Assembly: GCF_900289195.1 (NCBI RefSeq)
Contig: NZ_OMOH01000008.1
Coordinates: 30,001 to 62,000, forward strand
DNA from: Propionibacterium ruminifibrarum
GTDB taxonomy: Bacteria; Actinomycetota; Actinomycetes; Propionibacteriales; Propionibacteriaceae
DNA length: 32,000 nucleotides
Direction of reading: 5' to 3'
Position 1 is the stretch's first letter. Every line of letters begins with the position of its first letter. Positions 15,675 to 24,944 of the stretch are shown here, piece after piece. The position numbers were made by a program, and so were the translations under genes. The notes beneath the pieces were generated by a model that saw only the letters and a program-made list of their open reading frames with translations, had not been told where the DNA came from and made no database searches.

Positions 15675-17075
15675 ATGTCCGCAACATCGACAGTCCAGCC
15701 GGGCAGGAAACGGTCGTGGCTGGCCGCACCGCCCCAGGCCCCACGTCTCGGCGATGACGAGGTGAAACGCCGTTACCCACGCCTGCGTCTTCAGGTGTTC
15801 ATGGGGATCTTCATCGGCTACGCCGGCTTCTACCTGATCCGCAACAACATCTCGCTGGTCTCGAAGATCCTGCTCGACGGGGGCCAGATCAACAAGACCG
15901 GCATCGGTCTCATCGCCAATGCGGTGCTCATCGCCTACGGTTTCTCGAAGTTCTTCATGGCGATGATCTCCGACCGTTCGAACGCCCGTTACTTCATGCC
16001 GCTGGGGCTCGTCCTGTCGGCCCTGGCCAATCTGGTGGTCGCCTTCGTGCCGGCGGTGTCGAGTTCCCTGGCCGTGTTCGCGACCGTCATGTTCATCAAC
16101 GGCTGGTTCCAGGGCATGGGCTGGCCTCCGGCGGGCCGCGTGCTCGTGCACTGGTTCAGCACCAATGAGCGGGGCTGGAAGACCTCGATCTGGAACTGCG
16201 CCCACAACGTCGGCGGCATGGGGGTCGGCGCCGCCGCGGCGTGGGGTCTGGCGTTGACCGGCGACGACTGGCATGCGGCCTTCTGGCTGCCCGCCGTCAT
16301 GGCGATCGTCGTCGCGGCCGTCGCCTTCGCCCTCATCCGCGACACGCCAGCATCGGTCGGCCTGCCCCCGATCGAGGAGTACCGCGACGACCCGGCCAAG
16401 GTCGAGTCCGACACCAGCGAACTCGAGAAGTTGAGTTACTGGCAGATCGTCGTCCAGCACGTCTTCCGGAACAAGGCGATGCTGCTCCTGGCCTTCGCCA
16501 ACGTCTTCGTCTACGCCCTGCGGTACGGCGTGCTGAGCTGGGCGCCCACCTATCTGTCGCAGGTGCACGAGGTCTCGGTGGCCAAGGGCATCGCCGGGTT
16601 CTCGCTCTTCGAACTGGCCGGCATCTTCGGCACGCTGGCCTGCGGCTGGGCCTCCGACAAGATCTTCAAGGGGAACCGCACCCGCACCGGCATCACCTTC
16701 CTCACCGGTGTGGGCGTCTTCCTCATCCTCTACTGGCTGGCCCCGGTCGGTACCCCGTACTGGCTGCTCATGGTCTACCTGTTCTTCATCGGCGCCTTCA
16801 TCTACGGGCCGGTCATGCTCATCGGCCTGCAGGCCATCGACATGTCGGCGGCCCACGTGGCGGGCACCTCGGCGGGCTTCACCGGCCTGTTCGGATACGT
16901 GCTCGGCGCGACGATGGCCTCGACCGGTGTCGGCTACGTCGCCGAGCACTTCGGCTGGTACATCACCTACGGCATGCTCGTGGCGTTCGTCGCGGTCGCC
17001 GTGATCCTGCTGGCCTTCATCGGCCCCGAGGAGAGGCGCCTCATCGAGGCCCACCGGGTGAGGAGCGGGCAGTAG
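15675..17075 (+). CDS. glpT: MFS organophosphate:phosphate antiporter, glycerol-3-phosphate transporter GlpT-like
   Basis: Blocks recalled from E. coli GlpT are present: FMGIFIGYAGFYLIR, SDRSNAR, NGWFQGMGWPPAGR, WNCAHNVGG, GLPPIEEY, FTGLFGY. ATG 15675 lies 7 nt after GGAG. UhpC/PgtP-type specificity cannot be excluded. Confidence 0.8.
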   Translation: MSATSTVQPGRKRSWLAAPPQAPRLGDDEVKRRYPRLRLQVFMGIFIGYAGFYLIRNNISLVSKILLDGGQINKTGIGLIANAVLIAYGFSKFFMAMISDRSNARYFMPLGLVLSALANLVVAFVPAVSSSLAVFATVMFINGWFQGMGWPPAGRVLVHWFSTNERGWKTSIWNCAHNVGGMGVGAAAAWGLALTGDDWHAAFWLPAVMAIVVAAVAFALIRDTPASVGLPPIEEYRDDPAKVESDTSELEKLSYWQIVVQHVFRNKAMLLLAFANVFVYALRYGVLSWAPTYLSQVHEVSVAKGIAGFSLFELAGIFGTLACGWASDKIFKGNRTRTGITFLTGVGVFLILYWLAPVGTPYWLLMVYLFFIGAFIYGPVMLIGLQAIDMSAAHVAGTSAGFTGLFGYVLGATMASTGVGYVAEHFGWYITYGMLVAFVAVAVILLAFIGPEERRLIEAHRVRSGQ

Positions 17076-17089
17076 GTCCCCTGGCCAGG

Positions 17090-17174
17090 GTCCCGGATTC
17101 CGGGACTGGCATCTCCCTCACGCGCCGGCCCCCGGCTCAGGCTCTGACGGTCTGGACCGGGGGCCGGCGCGTGA
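17090..17174 (+). terminator. Two consecutive hairpins downstream of glpT
   Basis: GTCCCGG-att-CCGGGAC lies at 17090-17106. An 18-bp perfect stem follows: TCACGCGCCGGCCCCCGG (17118-17135) pairs with CCGGGGGCCGGCGCGTGA (17157-17174), with a 21-nt loop. Confidence 0.5.
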
Positions 17175-17249
17175 CGCATGGTCGTCGGAACCGGGTCCGC
17201 CGGCTTCCCGTGCGCAGGCTGTGAATGCTGCCCTGTGAGCGATCAGGCT

Positions 17250-17310
17250 TTGCCTCGTTACTTACCGAAGCGTAGGTTTGCTGTGGCCCTGAACTTACTC
17301 GACCGTAGGT
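17250..17310 (+). promoter_or_regulatory. Candidate promoter plus two operator-like 18-bp repeats upstream of the acyl-CoA ligase
   Basis: TTGCCT (17250-17255), a 17-nt spacer, then TAGGTT (17273-17278). The repeats are ACTTACCGAAGCGTAGGT (17260-17277) and ACTTACTCGACCGTAGGT (17293-17310), 14/18 identical and 33 bp apart. Each is an imperfect palindrome ACTTAC-N6-GTAGGT. Confidence 0.4.
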
Positions 17311-17363
17311 ACCGAGGGGCGCCCACCGCCTCGGCTCACGTCCACCAGCCTGGAGTAGAACCC

Positions 17364-19046
17364 ATGACGACATCACCCATCGAGGCTCCCAACACCGACT
17401 ACGACACCGCAGCCCTGCGCGAGGTCGTCGAGCGACGATTCACCTGGGCCGCCGGCTTCGAACGCAACGTTCACCGTTACGCGAACCGAACCGCCATGAC
17501 GGACCTGCCCAGCGGCCGCACCTGGACCTACGCCCAACTCGGCGCGGACACCGGCCGTCTCGTGGCGGGCCTGGCCGCACACGGTGTCGGGACCGGTGAC
17601 ATCATCGCCCACCAGCTGCTCAACTGCCCCGAGTTCTCCCTGCTGTACGTCGCGGCCCAGGGGCTGCGCGCGGTCAGCTCCCCGATGAACTTCCGCCTGT
17701 CGCCCGGCGAGACGGCCCATGCGCTCGACCAGCTGCACCCGGCCGTCTACGTCTACGACACCAGCCAGTCGGCCCAGACCGCCGACGCCCTGAGAAGGGC
17801 CGACTTCCGTCCTCCCGTACTGGTCGCCGTCGGCGACGGCGAGCCGTTGCCCGGCGCCATCGGCTTCGACGAGCTGTACGCCGCCGAGGCCCCCGGTTTC
17901 ACCGCCCCGGCCGACGGCTCCACCTGGGACGAGACGAGCCGGCTGTTCACCTCCGGCACCACCGGCATGCCGAAGGCCGTGCCGTTGACCAGCTTCAACG
18001 AGGTGCTCACCGCGCACGACGTGATCATGCACTTCCCCGTCAACCCGCACGACCGCACGCTCAACATGTCGCCCTGGTTCCACCGCGGCGGCAACTACTG
18101 CGCCGGACCGAACACCATGTTCTACGTGGGCGGCGAGGTCGTCATCATGCCGAAGTTCAGCGCGGCGGCCGTCCTTGACGCCGTCGAGCAGCACCGGCTG
18201 ACCTACCTGGTCGGCGCCCCGACGAACCTGGAGCGCCTGGCCGACGTGCAGGAGGCCGAGCCCCGCGATCTGTCGAGCCTGCACGGCATCGTCACGATGG
18301 GCGCCCCCCTGGAGAAGGCCGCGGCCGTGCGCTACCAGAACGTGCTCAGCCCGCGTATCGGCAACGGCTACGGCGTCACCGAGAGCTTCTGGAACACCTT
18401 CCTGCGCCCCTACGACGTGACGAACCTGCCCGGCACGGCCGGCCAGGCCTGCATCGACGACGACGTCGCCGTCGTCCGCGTCTTCGACGACCGGGTCGCC
18501 GAGCCCGACGAGCTCGCCGCCAAGGACAACACCGAGGTCGGGGAGGTCATCATGCGGTCGGTCAAGGCCGGCTACGCCTACGCCGACAACCCGGAGGAAC
18601 AGGCCGCGAAGTTCCGTGACGGCTGGGTCTACCCGGGTGACCTGGCGACCTGGGACGAGAACGAGACCATCACCATCGTCGGCCGCAAGGACGACATGAT
18701 CATCTCCGGCGGCGAGAACGTCCACCCGGTGCAGGTCGAGGAGATCCTCGCGACGCACCCGGATGTCGCCGCCGTGGCCGTCACCGGCCTGCCCGACACC
18801 GAGTGGGGCCAGCTCGTGGCGGCCTACGTCGTCCCGCGCCCCGGTTCCTTCACCGACGAGCAGGCAGCCGCCACCGAACTCGACAGGTTCTGCAAGGACA
18901 GCGACGACCTGGCCAACTACAAGCGCCCCCGCCGCTACGCCTTCGTCGACGAGCTGCCGATGACCGCGACCGGGAAGAAGAAGCACTTCGTCCTGAGGAA
19001 CCAGGCCTCCGCGGACGACGACCAGGGCCGTTTCCTCACGCCGTGA
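17364..19046 (+). CDS. AMP-dependent synthetase/ligase (acyl-CoA synthetase family; substrate unknown)
   Basis: Adenylate-forming motifs are present: TSGTTGMPKAV, GYGVTES, GDLATWDENETITIVGRKDDMIISGGENV, and a C-terminal TATGKKK. ATG 17364 lies 8 nt after GGAG. Confidence 0.85.
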   Translation: MTTSPIEAPNTDYDTAALREVVERRFTWAAGFERNVHRYANRTAMTDLPSGRTWTYAQLGADTGRLVAGLAAHGVGTGDIIAHQLLNCPEFSLLYVAAQGLRAVSSPMNFRLSPGETAHALDQLHPAVYVYDTSQSAQTADALRRADFRPPVLVAVGDGEPLPGAIGFDELYAAEAPGFTAPADGSTWDETSRLFTSGTTGMPKAVPLTSFNEVLTAHDVIMHFPVNPHDRTLNMSPWFHRGGNYCAGPNTMFYVGGEVVIMPKFSAAAVLDAVEQHRLTYLVGAPTNLERLADVQEAEPRDLSSLHGIVTMGAPLEKAAAVRYQNVLSPRIGNGYGVTESFWNTFLRPYDVTNLPGTAGQACIDDDVAVVRVFDDRVAEPDELAAKDNTEVGEVIMRSVKAGYAYADNPEEQAAKFRDGWVYPGDLATWDENETITIVGRKDDMIISGGENVHPVQVEEILATHPDVAAVAVTGLPDTEWGQLVAAYVVPRPGSFTDEQAAATELDRFCKDSDDLANYKRPRRYAFVDELPMTATGKKKHFVLRNQASADDDQGRFLTP

Positions 19047-19198
19047 GCCCCCACGGCCGGTTCCAGCGGCTCGTGGCGCACGAGGCGATCGGCTCGCGGT
19101 CTGCCCCCGCGCCAGCGCAGCAGGCCTGCGTCCTGCCGCCGGGGTGTCCCCCCGATGGTCGCGCGATCAGTTGAGGTGATCCGGGCCCGCAGGCCCGT

Positions 19199-20161
19199 TC
19201 AGCCGGGCCCCGGAGCCGGGCCGGGCACGTGGTCCCCGCCCTCGGGCGCCCGCCGGCCCTTTCCGCCCCGGGGATGATCCGTGAGGCCGGAGCGCCACAC
19301 GTAGACGCCGAGGAGCACCGTGCCGGCCGCCAGGGCGACCGCCCACCAGGGGAACCTGGGGATCTCCGGCGGGGCGCCGGCCGCCGCGACGTCCTCGGCC
19401 GGGGTCGGTTCGACGCGTTCGCCGGTGACGAGGATGCGGTGGGTGTTGATGCCCAGCGGCGTGCAGGTGACGAGGGTCACGAGGTCACGGCCGGGCTGCA
19501 CGCTGAGCGTCTGCGTGTCGGTGGGCTCGACCACCTGGGTGTCGCTCACCTGGTAGGTGAGCACCTCGCCGAAGACCTCGATGACGAACCGGTCGCCGAC
19601 GGTCACCTTGTTCAGGTCGGTGAACATCTCGGCCTGGGCCAGGCCGCGGTGCCCGGTGATGACGGCGTGGGTGCCCTCGCCACCGATGGGCAGTGAGGTG
19701 CCCTTGAGGTGGCCGAGGCCCTTGAGCAGGGTCTCGTCGGAGGTGCCGTGGTAGACGGGCAGGTCGAGGTCGATCGCGTCGATCTTGAGCCTGGCCATGA
19801 GGCCCTCGTCGTTGGCGGTGAGCATGGCGTCGTAGTCGAGCGAGTCGTCGGTGCTCGTGCCGTCGCCGGTCGGCACGTTGAGCCCGGCCTCGAGCTGTGC
19901 GCCCGCGTTGAGGGCCTCGTTGTAGGCCCGGGCCCGGTCCAGCTGCACGGCGGCCTCGGGCTGGACGGTCGCCACGTTGTCCGTGTAGCCGGTGACGGCC
20001 TTCGACTGGTTGTACTGGGAGATCCAGCTGGCCGCCGTCGGGTAGACGAAGACGAGCATGCCGGCGAAGGCGAGGAGCGCGGCGAGCAGCGAGAACCGCG
20101 ACAGGCGCCAGCCGCGCCTGCGCCCGGGCGTCTCGTCCGTACTGTCGTTGATGTCGGCCAT
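19199..20161 (-). CDS. srtC: Class C (pilus-polymerising) sortase
   Basis: An N-terminal TM anchor is followed by VYPTAASWISQYNQS, then HAVITGHRG (His), TLVTCTP (TLxTC catalytic Cys) and a C-terminal TM FPWWAVALAAGTVLLGVYVW typical of class C. The start was chosen at ATG 20161 (MADIND). Confidence 0.85.
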   Translation of the reverse strand: MADINDSTDETPGRRRGWRLSRFSLLAALLAFAGMLVFVYPTAASWISQYNQSKAVTGYTDNVATVQPEAAVQLDRARAYNEALNAGAQLEAGLNVPTGDGTSTDDSLDYDAMLTANDEGLMARLKIDAIDLDLPVYHGTSDETLLKGLGHLKGTSLPIGGEGTHAVITGHRGLAQAEMFTDLNKVTVGDRFVIEVFGEVLTYQVSDTQVVEPTDTQTLSVQPGRDLVTLVTCTPLGINTHRILVTGERVEPTPAEDVAAAGAPPEIPRFPWWAVALAAGTVLLGVYVWRSGLTDHPRGGKGRRAPEGGDHVPGPAPGPG

Positions 20162-20194
20162 CACCGTTCCTGTCCTCACCTGCCCCATCATGGG

Positions 20195-20230
20195 GATGTG
20201 GTGGGGAGACCGGGGTCTCCCCACCACATC
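20195..20230 (-). other. Perfect 17-bp inverted repeat between the major pilin and sortase genes
   Basis: GATGTGGTGGGGAGACC-gg-GGTCTCCCCACCACATC. A second hairpin, CCGGCC (20240-20245) pairing with GGCCGG (20257-20262), lies just upstream on the mRNA. There is no U-tract. Confidence 0.6.
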
Positions 20231-20274
20231 ATTGTCGCTCCGGCCGGTCCTCAATCGGCCGGGTGCTCATCGCC

Positions 20275-21804
20275 TCAGGCGGTCGCCGTGGCCCTGCGGG
20301 AGCGGACGGCCACCGTGGTGGCTGCGGTGAGGATGAGGACGGCGCCGATGATCATCATGAGCACCTTGCCCTGCGCACCGGTCAGCGGCAGGCCGGGGAC
20401 GGCCTGCTTGCCGTTCTCGACGGTGACGTCGTAGCCGCTCGTGGTGCCGGTCTTGACGGTCACGCCGATGTCGCCGCTCTGCTTGACGAAGCCGGCTGGG
20501 GCCTCGACCTCGACGAGCACGTAGCAGCGCTGGGTCGCGTTGGCGGGGCTGTGCACGGAGTCGGACACGTACAGACCGGTGATGTTCACCAGGCCGTTGG
20601 CGCCAGAGGTGAACTGGGTCTGGCCGCCCACCCTGATGGGATCGCCGGTCTTCGTGGCGCCTGAGCAGTCCGCGGCGTAGGGATCGGTGGCATTGTACAC
20701 CTCGAAGATCGCGCCGGCCAGGCCGGTGCTGGTGCTGTCGGCGTCGACCTTCTGCACCTTGAGGTCACCCCAGTTGGTCTGCACCTCGGGGGTCGACGGC
20801 GGGTTCTCCGGGTCCGGGTTGTCCGGCGGGGTGTCCGGCACGCTGCCGTACGCGGTGTCGGTGATGAGCTGGGCGGTGTTCTTGATGGCGCCGTCACCGA
20901 CCGAGGTCACCTTGCCCTGGAAGACGGCCCTGACCTGCTGACCGGCAGCACTCTTCAGCTTGGTGAGGCCCGCGCTGGTGAACTTCACCGTGACGGTGTT
21001 GCCGGTGATGTCGACGGTGTAGTCGGTGTCCGCGGTCAGGGTCTCGCTGCCGAGGGTCACCTGCGTGACGGCCAGATCGGAGAACCTGGCATCCATCTGG
21101 TCCTTGATCTGGAAGTACTGGAAGTTCGAGGTGTCCTCCAGGGCCGGCACCATGGTGGTCACCGGGAACGAGACGACCGAGCCGAGGCCGTAGCCGTACT
21201 GGGCCTGGTCCTCGACGGTCTTCTCGATGGAGACCTCGGTGTTCTTCGGGTAGACGTTCACGTCGTACAGCCACGAGCCGTTGTACGGATAGGGGATCGT
21301 CACGACGAAGGGCTTGGCCTTCTGCACGATGTTGGCCGGTGCCGCGGTCTCGCACACCAGATAGGCCCGCACGGACAGGCCGCTGATCGTGGCCTGGCCA
21401 TTACCACCGGTGGTGGCGCTGCCGGCCTCGCCGCCCAGCTCCTGGCCCGCCAGGGTCGGTGCAGTCGGGTTGGCGCAGGCGCTGTCGGGCACGTTGAGCC
21501 CAGACAGGGTGTCCCAGTCGCTGGACTTCGACAGATCGAGGCTGGTGATCGGGTAGGCGGCGAAGGTGACATCGCTGACCGCGGCGCCGCTCACGTTGCC
21601 CGAGCCGTCAGGATTCGCCTCGGTTCCGTCGCCATTGAGGTGCTTGTGGATGATGATCGAGCCGGTGGCGTTCTGGTCGATGTTGCCGTAGCTGGGGTCG
21701 GCGCTGGCGACGCCGGCACCGCCGATCAGGCCGGACAGGCTCAACGCCACAACCCCCACGGCGGCGGCGAGGCGCCGCCCGGCGGGATGTCTGTTCGTCT
21801 GCAT
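20275..21804 (-). CDS. Major (shaft) pilin, SpaA/FimA-type LPXTG protein
   Basis: The signal peptide is MQTNRHPAGRRLAAAVGVVALSLSGLIGGAGVASA. The pilin motif is WLYDVNVYPKN (Lys codon 21244-21246). The E-box-like element is YVLVEVEAPAGF. The sorting signal is LPLTG (20377-20391) followed by a hydrophobic helix and an RSRR tail. Confidence 0.85.
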   Translation of the reverse strand: MQTNRHPAGRRLAAAVGVVALSLSGLIGGAGVASADPSYGNIDQNATGSIIIHKHLNGDGTEANPDGSGNVSGAAVSDVTFAAYPITSLDLSKSSDWDTLSGLNVPDSACANPTAPTLAGQELGGEAGSATTGGNGQATISGLSVRAYLVCETAAPANIVQKAKPFVVTIPYPYNGSWLYDVNVYPKNTEVSIEKTVEDQAQYGYGLGSVVSFPVTTMVPALEDTSNFQYFQIKDQMDARFSDLAVTQVTLGSETLTADTDYTVDITGNTVTVKFTSAGLTKLKSAAGQQVRAVFQGKVTSVGDGAIKNTAQLITDTAYGSVPDTPPDNPDPENPPSTPEVQTNWGDLKVQKVDADSTSTGLAGAIFEVYNATDPYAADCSGATKTGDPIRVGGQTQFTSGANGLVNITGLYVSDSVHSPANATQRCYVLVEVEAPAGFVKQSGDIGVTVKTGTTSGYDVTVENGKQAVPGLPLTGAQGKVLMMIIGAVLILTAATTVAVRSRRATATA

Positions 21805-21977
21805 GGGTTTCTGGCTTTCTCTCTCGAACCGTCCGGGCCCTCCGGTACGGCATGGGGTGGGTTCTGGGGTGAGCGGCCGGGCCGGTCCCGTCGCCGCTCT
21901 CCGGCCCAGCTCACCGGGCCGGTCGCTGTGGGCCCGCCGCCTGGTTGCGGCCGGGCTGTGGTGGGTGCGTGTGAGGC

Positions 21978-24686
21978 TCATGCGGCGTCACCGCCCCGGG
22001 TGCTCCGCCGGTATCTGCGGGCCGCCGCCGTCACCGAGCCGGCGACCAGCAGGACGCCGCCGATGAGCGCGAACAGCTGAGCGCTCTGCCCGCCGGTGAG
22101 CGGGACGACCAGCGGATTGTGCATGTCGTTGGTGAAGCTGCCCAGGTCGATCGTCGTCCCCGCGTTGGCGGCCTCGATCCGCACCTCATGGGTGGCCCTG
22201 GACAGGATGTACCCGGCGGGCGCCGACTTCTCCTTGAGCTCGTAGACGCCCCAGGTGAGGCCCTCGACGCGGAAGGAGCCGACGGCGGGATCCTTGTCGG
22301 GACCGGTGCAGGCCGCCGCGTCATCGGCCGCGCAGTCCTCGACGCTCACGGCCTCACCGGCCGGGTCGGTGGGGGTGAGGGTCCACTGCGAATCGCCGAG
22401 CGGCGACCCGTCGGCGGCGACCTTCGACCACGCCACCGCAGCGGTCTTGCGCTCGTTCGTGATGGGCGAGGGCAGGGCCGCGGTGAGGTTGGCGTCGTTC
22501 ACCGTGGCGGTGTACTGCTGCTCGTTGAGCTCGTAGCCCTGCGGCGCCGATTTCTCGATGACGGTGTAGGTGCCCCACTTCAGGCCGGTCACCGCGAAGG
22601 AGCCGGCGGCGGGATCCTTGTCGGGACCGGTGCAGGCGGCCGCGTCATCGGCCTCGCAGTCCTCGACGTCGATACCGCCGGGGTGGCTCGGGCCGGTGAG
22701 GGTCCAGACGGTCCCGCCCAGGGGCTCGCCGTTGGCGGCGTCGGTCTTGTCCCACTCGACACCCCCCGGGCGTGCCGTGTTCGTGAGCGTGCAGGTCACC
22801 CGGTCCGAGCCGCTCATGGCGAGTGTGGCTCCGTCGTCGGTGGCGGACGTGGCGAGGGTCTCGCCCTCGGACGTCACGCACTCGGTGCCGGTCAGCTCGT
22901 AGGCCCCGGCGCGGTCACTGGTCGTGGTCTCGGTGATCGTGTACCGCCCGGTCCGGACGACCTTCTCGTCGGTGCTGCCCTGGCCGGACAGCACGCTCTG
23001 ACCGCCAGTCGACCCGTCCAGGGTCCAGGACTCGGGTGCCAGGAGCCGGTCGGAGCCCACCTGACCGCCGTCGACGGCCTTCACCAGCCGCAGGGTGGGC
23101 ACGCGCACGTTCACCGCGTAGTCCTCGACCTCGCCGGTGAGGGTGTTCCCGGTGGCCAGCATCGTGCCGCTGTCGTTCGTGATGCGCACCCTCATGTACG
23201 TCGTGGCGGTCTCACCGCTCACCGAGCGGACCACGTCGTCGGGCACGGTCCAGCTCAGCGTCGCGGCGCCGGACGAGGAGCAGGACGCCTCCTGGCTCTT
23301 CTCGGTGGCCTCGTCGAAGACACCGTTGCGGTTCCAGTCGACCCAGCCGGCGACCCGGCCGGGGCCGGTGCAGGAGACCTGCTGGGTGTGGGTGGCGCCC
23401 GGTTCGGTCCGGATGCCGCCGTCCGGCAGCTGGACGCCGTCCTCGTCGTCGAAGCCGCTCGTGTCGTCGCCGTCGGCACCGACGGAGAACTTCTGGTCGG
23501 CCTCGCTGTCGATGGAGGCCCCGAGGCGGGTGTTGGCGGCGCCCATGTCGGCCAGGCCTACGCCGAAGGCATCGGTGGTGCCGGTGATCTGGCCGCCGGT
23601 CCAGGTGGGCTGGAACAGGGAGCTGGCGCGGCCGTAGGACTCGGGGGCGTCCCCGAAGTCGGTACCGATGATGAGGCCGAGGGCCACCGCGCTGTAACCG
23701 CGGCCCTGCATGGCGATGCGGGCACTCGTACTGCCCGCCATGAAGAGCACGGTGCCGGGGCCTCCAACCCCCACTGGTCGCGAGTACCTGCCACCGTTCT
23801 GGTAGACGCACTCATCGCCGGTGGGCATGAGCCGAACGGTGTTGCCGCCATCAGTGACGATTGCCTCGGCGCTGGCCGGGCAATCCGGATCCCGGTAGGT
23901 GTCCAGGACACGCCAACTCGTGCCGTCGCCCTGGGGCGTGGAGGCCTGTACCCACTCGTCCCGGTAACCGCTGACGTGGTGGGCGCTTGAGGCCTCCGCG
24001 TCGGCCAACACGAGCCCGGCCAGTGGGACATCCTCTCCGTTGAGGTCGGCCGAGCACTCCATGTCGAAGCTCATCTGGGAGCCGTAGCCGGCTCCCTCGT
24101 TGCCCAGATCAGGGAAGCCGTTGGACAGCCCGATGACCATCTGGTTGTCATTGACGTAGTCGGCCGGGTAGCGCAGGGGCTCGTGCCAGCTGAGACCGCC
24201 GTCGTTCCAGTGACCCGTGCCACCGATGTTGTACAGATTGTCGAGCGAGTCCCCGGCCCACTTGCCCGGAATGCTAGCGACGAGCGGGGCCCTTGACACC
24301 GGGTCGGCATCCCCATTGGGTTCGCCCTCGTTGTCCGTGACGAGCCCGGACAGGGTGCAGTTCGTGGTCAGTTTCAGGGTCTGTGCATCGTCGAGATAGC
24401 GGTAGTTCGTGACCGTTCGCACCGCGGGCCCGTATTCGTCGCCGTAGCCGAGCACCGCATTGTTCTCGGGCAGGGGATCCAACGGGTACTCACCCCATTG
24501 GAGCCACTGGATCGAATCCGTGAAACGACCTTCACCACCAGTGGCGTACACCGCTGCCAACTCGCCCGCCGGTGGGGCGGCAGCAACCGGTTGTGCTGTG
24601 CCCAGCAGGACGATTGTCGTCACGCAAGCTCCCACTGTTCGTACAAGGGTCTTCAGCGCTGAGCCCCTCTTACCCGTGCTCGTCAT
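21978..24686 (-). CDS. Large LPXTG-type surface protein, putative tip adhesin (GEVED-motif region plus tandem SpaA/CnaB-like domains)
   Basis: The signal peptide is MTSTGKRGSALKTLVRTVGACVTTIVLLGTAQPVAAAP. The N-terminal region is ~500 aa. An Asp-rich segment ends in LTGEVEDYAVNV. Prealbumin-like modules end in VTCTLTNT, and two tandem ~110-aa repeats follow. The sorting signal is VPLTG (22092-22106) followed by a TM and an RRYRR tail. No YPKN pilin motif is present. Confidence 0.75.
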   Translation of the reverse strand: MTSTGKRGSALKTLVRTVGACVTTIVLLGTAQPVAAAPPAGELAAVYATGGEGRFTDSIQWLQWGEYPLDPLPENNAVLGYGDEYGPAVRTVTNYRYLDDAQTLKLTTNCTLSGLVTDNEGEPNGDADPVSRAPLVASIPGKWAGDSLDNLYNIGGTGHWNDGGLSWHEPLRYPADYVNDNQMVIGLSNGFPDLGNEGAGYGSQMSFDMECSADLNGEDVPLAGLVLADAEASSAHHVSGYRDEWVQASTPQGDGTSWRVLDTYRDPDCPASAEAIVTDGGNTVRLMPTGDECVYQNGGRYSRPVGVGGPGTVLFMAGSTSARIAMQGRGYSAVALGLIIGTDFGDAPESYGRASSLFQPTWTGGQITGTTDAFGVGLADMGAANTRLGASIDSEADQKFSVGADGDDTSGFDDEDGVQLPDGGIRTEPGATHTQQVSCTGPGRVAGWVDWNRNGVFDEATEKSQEASCSSSGAATLSWTVPDDVVRSVSGETATTYMRVRITNDSGTMLATGNTLTGEVEDYAVNVRVPTLRLVKAVDGGQVGSDRLLAPESWTLDGSTGGQSVLSGQGSTDEKVVRTGRYTITETTTSDRAGAYELTGTECVTSEGETLATSATDDGATLAMSGSDRVTCTLTNTARPGGVEWDKTDAANGEPLGGTVWTLTGPSHPGGIDVEDCEADDAAACTGPDKDPAAGSFAVTGLKWGTYTVIEKSAPQGYELNEQQYTATVNDANLTAALPSPITNERKTAAVAWSKVAADGSPLGDSQWTLTPTDPAGEAVSVEDCAADDAAACTGPDKDPAVGSFRVEGLTWGVYELKEKSAPAGYILSRATHEVRIEAANAGTTIDLGSFTNDMHNPLVVPLTGGQSAQLFALIGGVLLVAGSVTAAARRYRRSTRGGDAA
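22107..22763 (-). repeat. Tandem intragenic duplication (two ~108-111-aa SpaA/CnaB-like modules)
   Basis: Repeat A: WTLTGPSHPGGIDVEDCEADDAAACTGPDKDPAAGSFAVTGLKWGTYTVIEKSAPQGYEL. Repeat B: WTLTPTDPAGEAVSVEDCAADDAAACTGPDKDPAVGSFRVEGLTWGVYELKEKSAPAGYIL. Both carry the same Cys-x7-Cys insert. Confidence 0.8.
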
Positions 24687-24944
24687 GAGCCCGAGACCCC
24701 CGTGCAGTTTTCTTGCACGACGGCAGGATCGGGCATCAGCGAGTAGATCCGTGTGTCCGTCGACAGCGAAGTCAGCCGAACCACTGGCAGCATCTGGAAG
24801 AACCACTCCGTGGCCTTCCGAGAGGGCATGATCATTGCTCAGTCCTTGGCAGGGAATTGGGGATGCAGGTCCGCATGAGCTCACCGACCCTTAGGGGTTA
24901 CACGTTATATGAATCGTCAAATATCTTCAAATCAGGGTTATTCA

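Noticed and set aside
24687-24884. GTG 24884 as the start of the second LPXTG gene (a 66-aa extension).
   Set aside because: - The extension (MSSCGPASPIPCQGLSNDH...) precedes and would bury an otherwise textbook signal peptide that starts at ATG 24686.
- This region is treated as 5' UTR.
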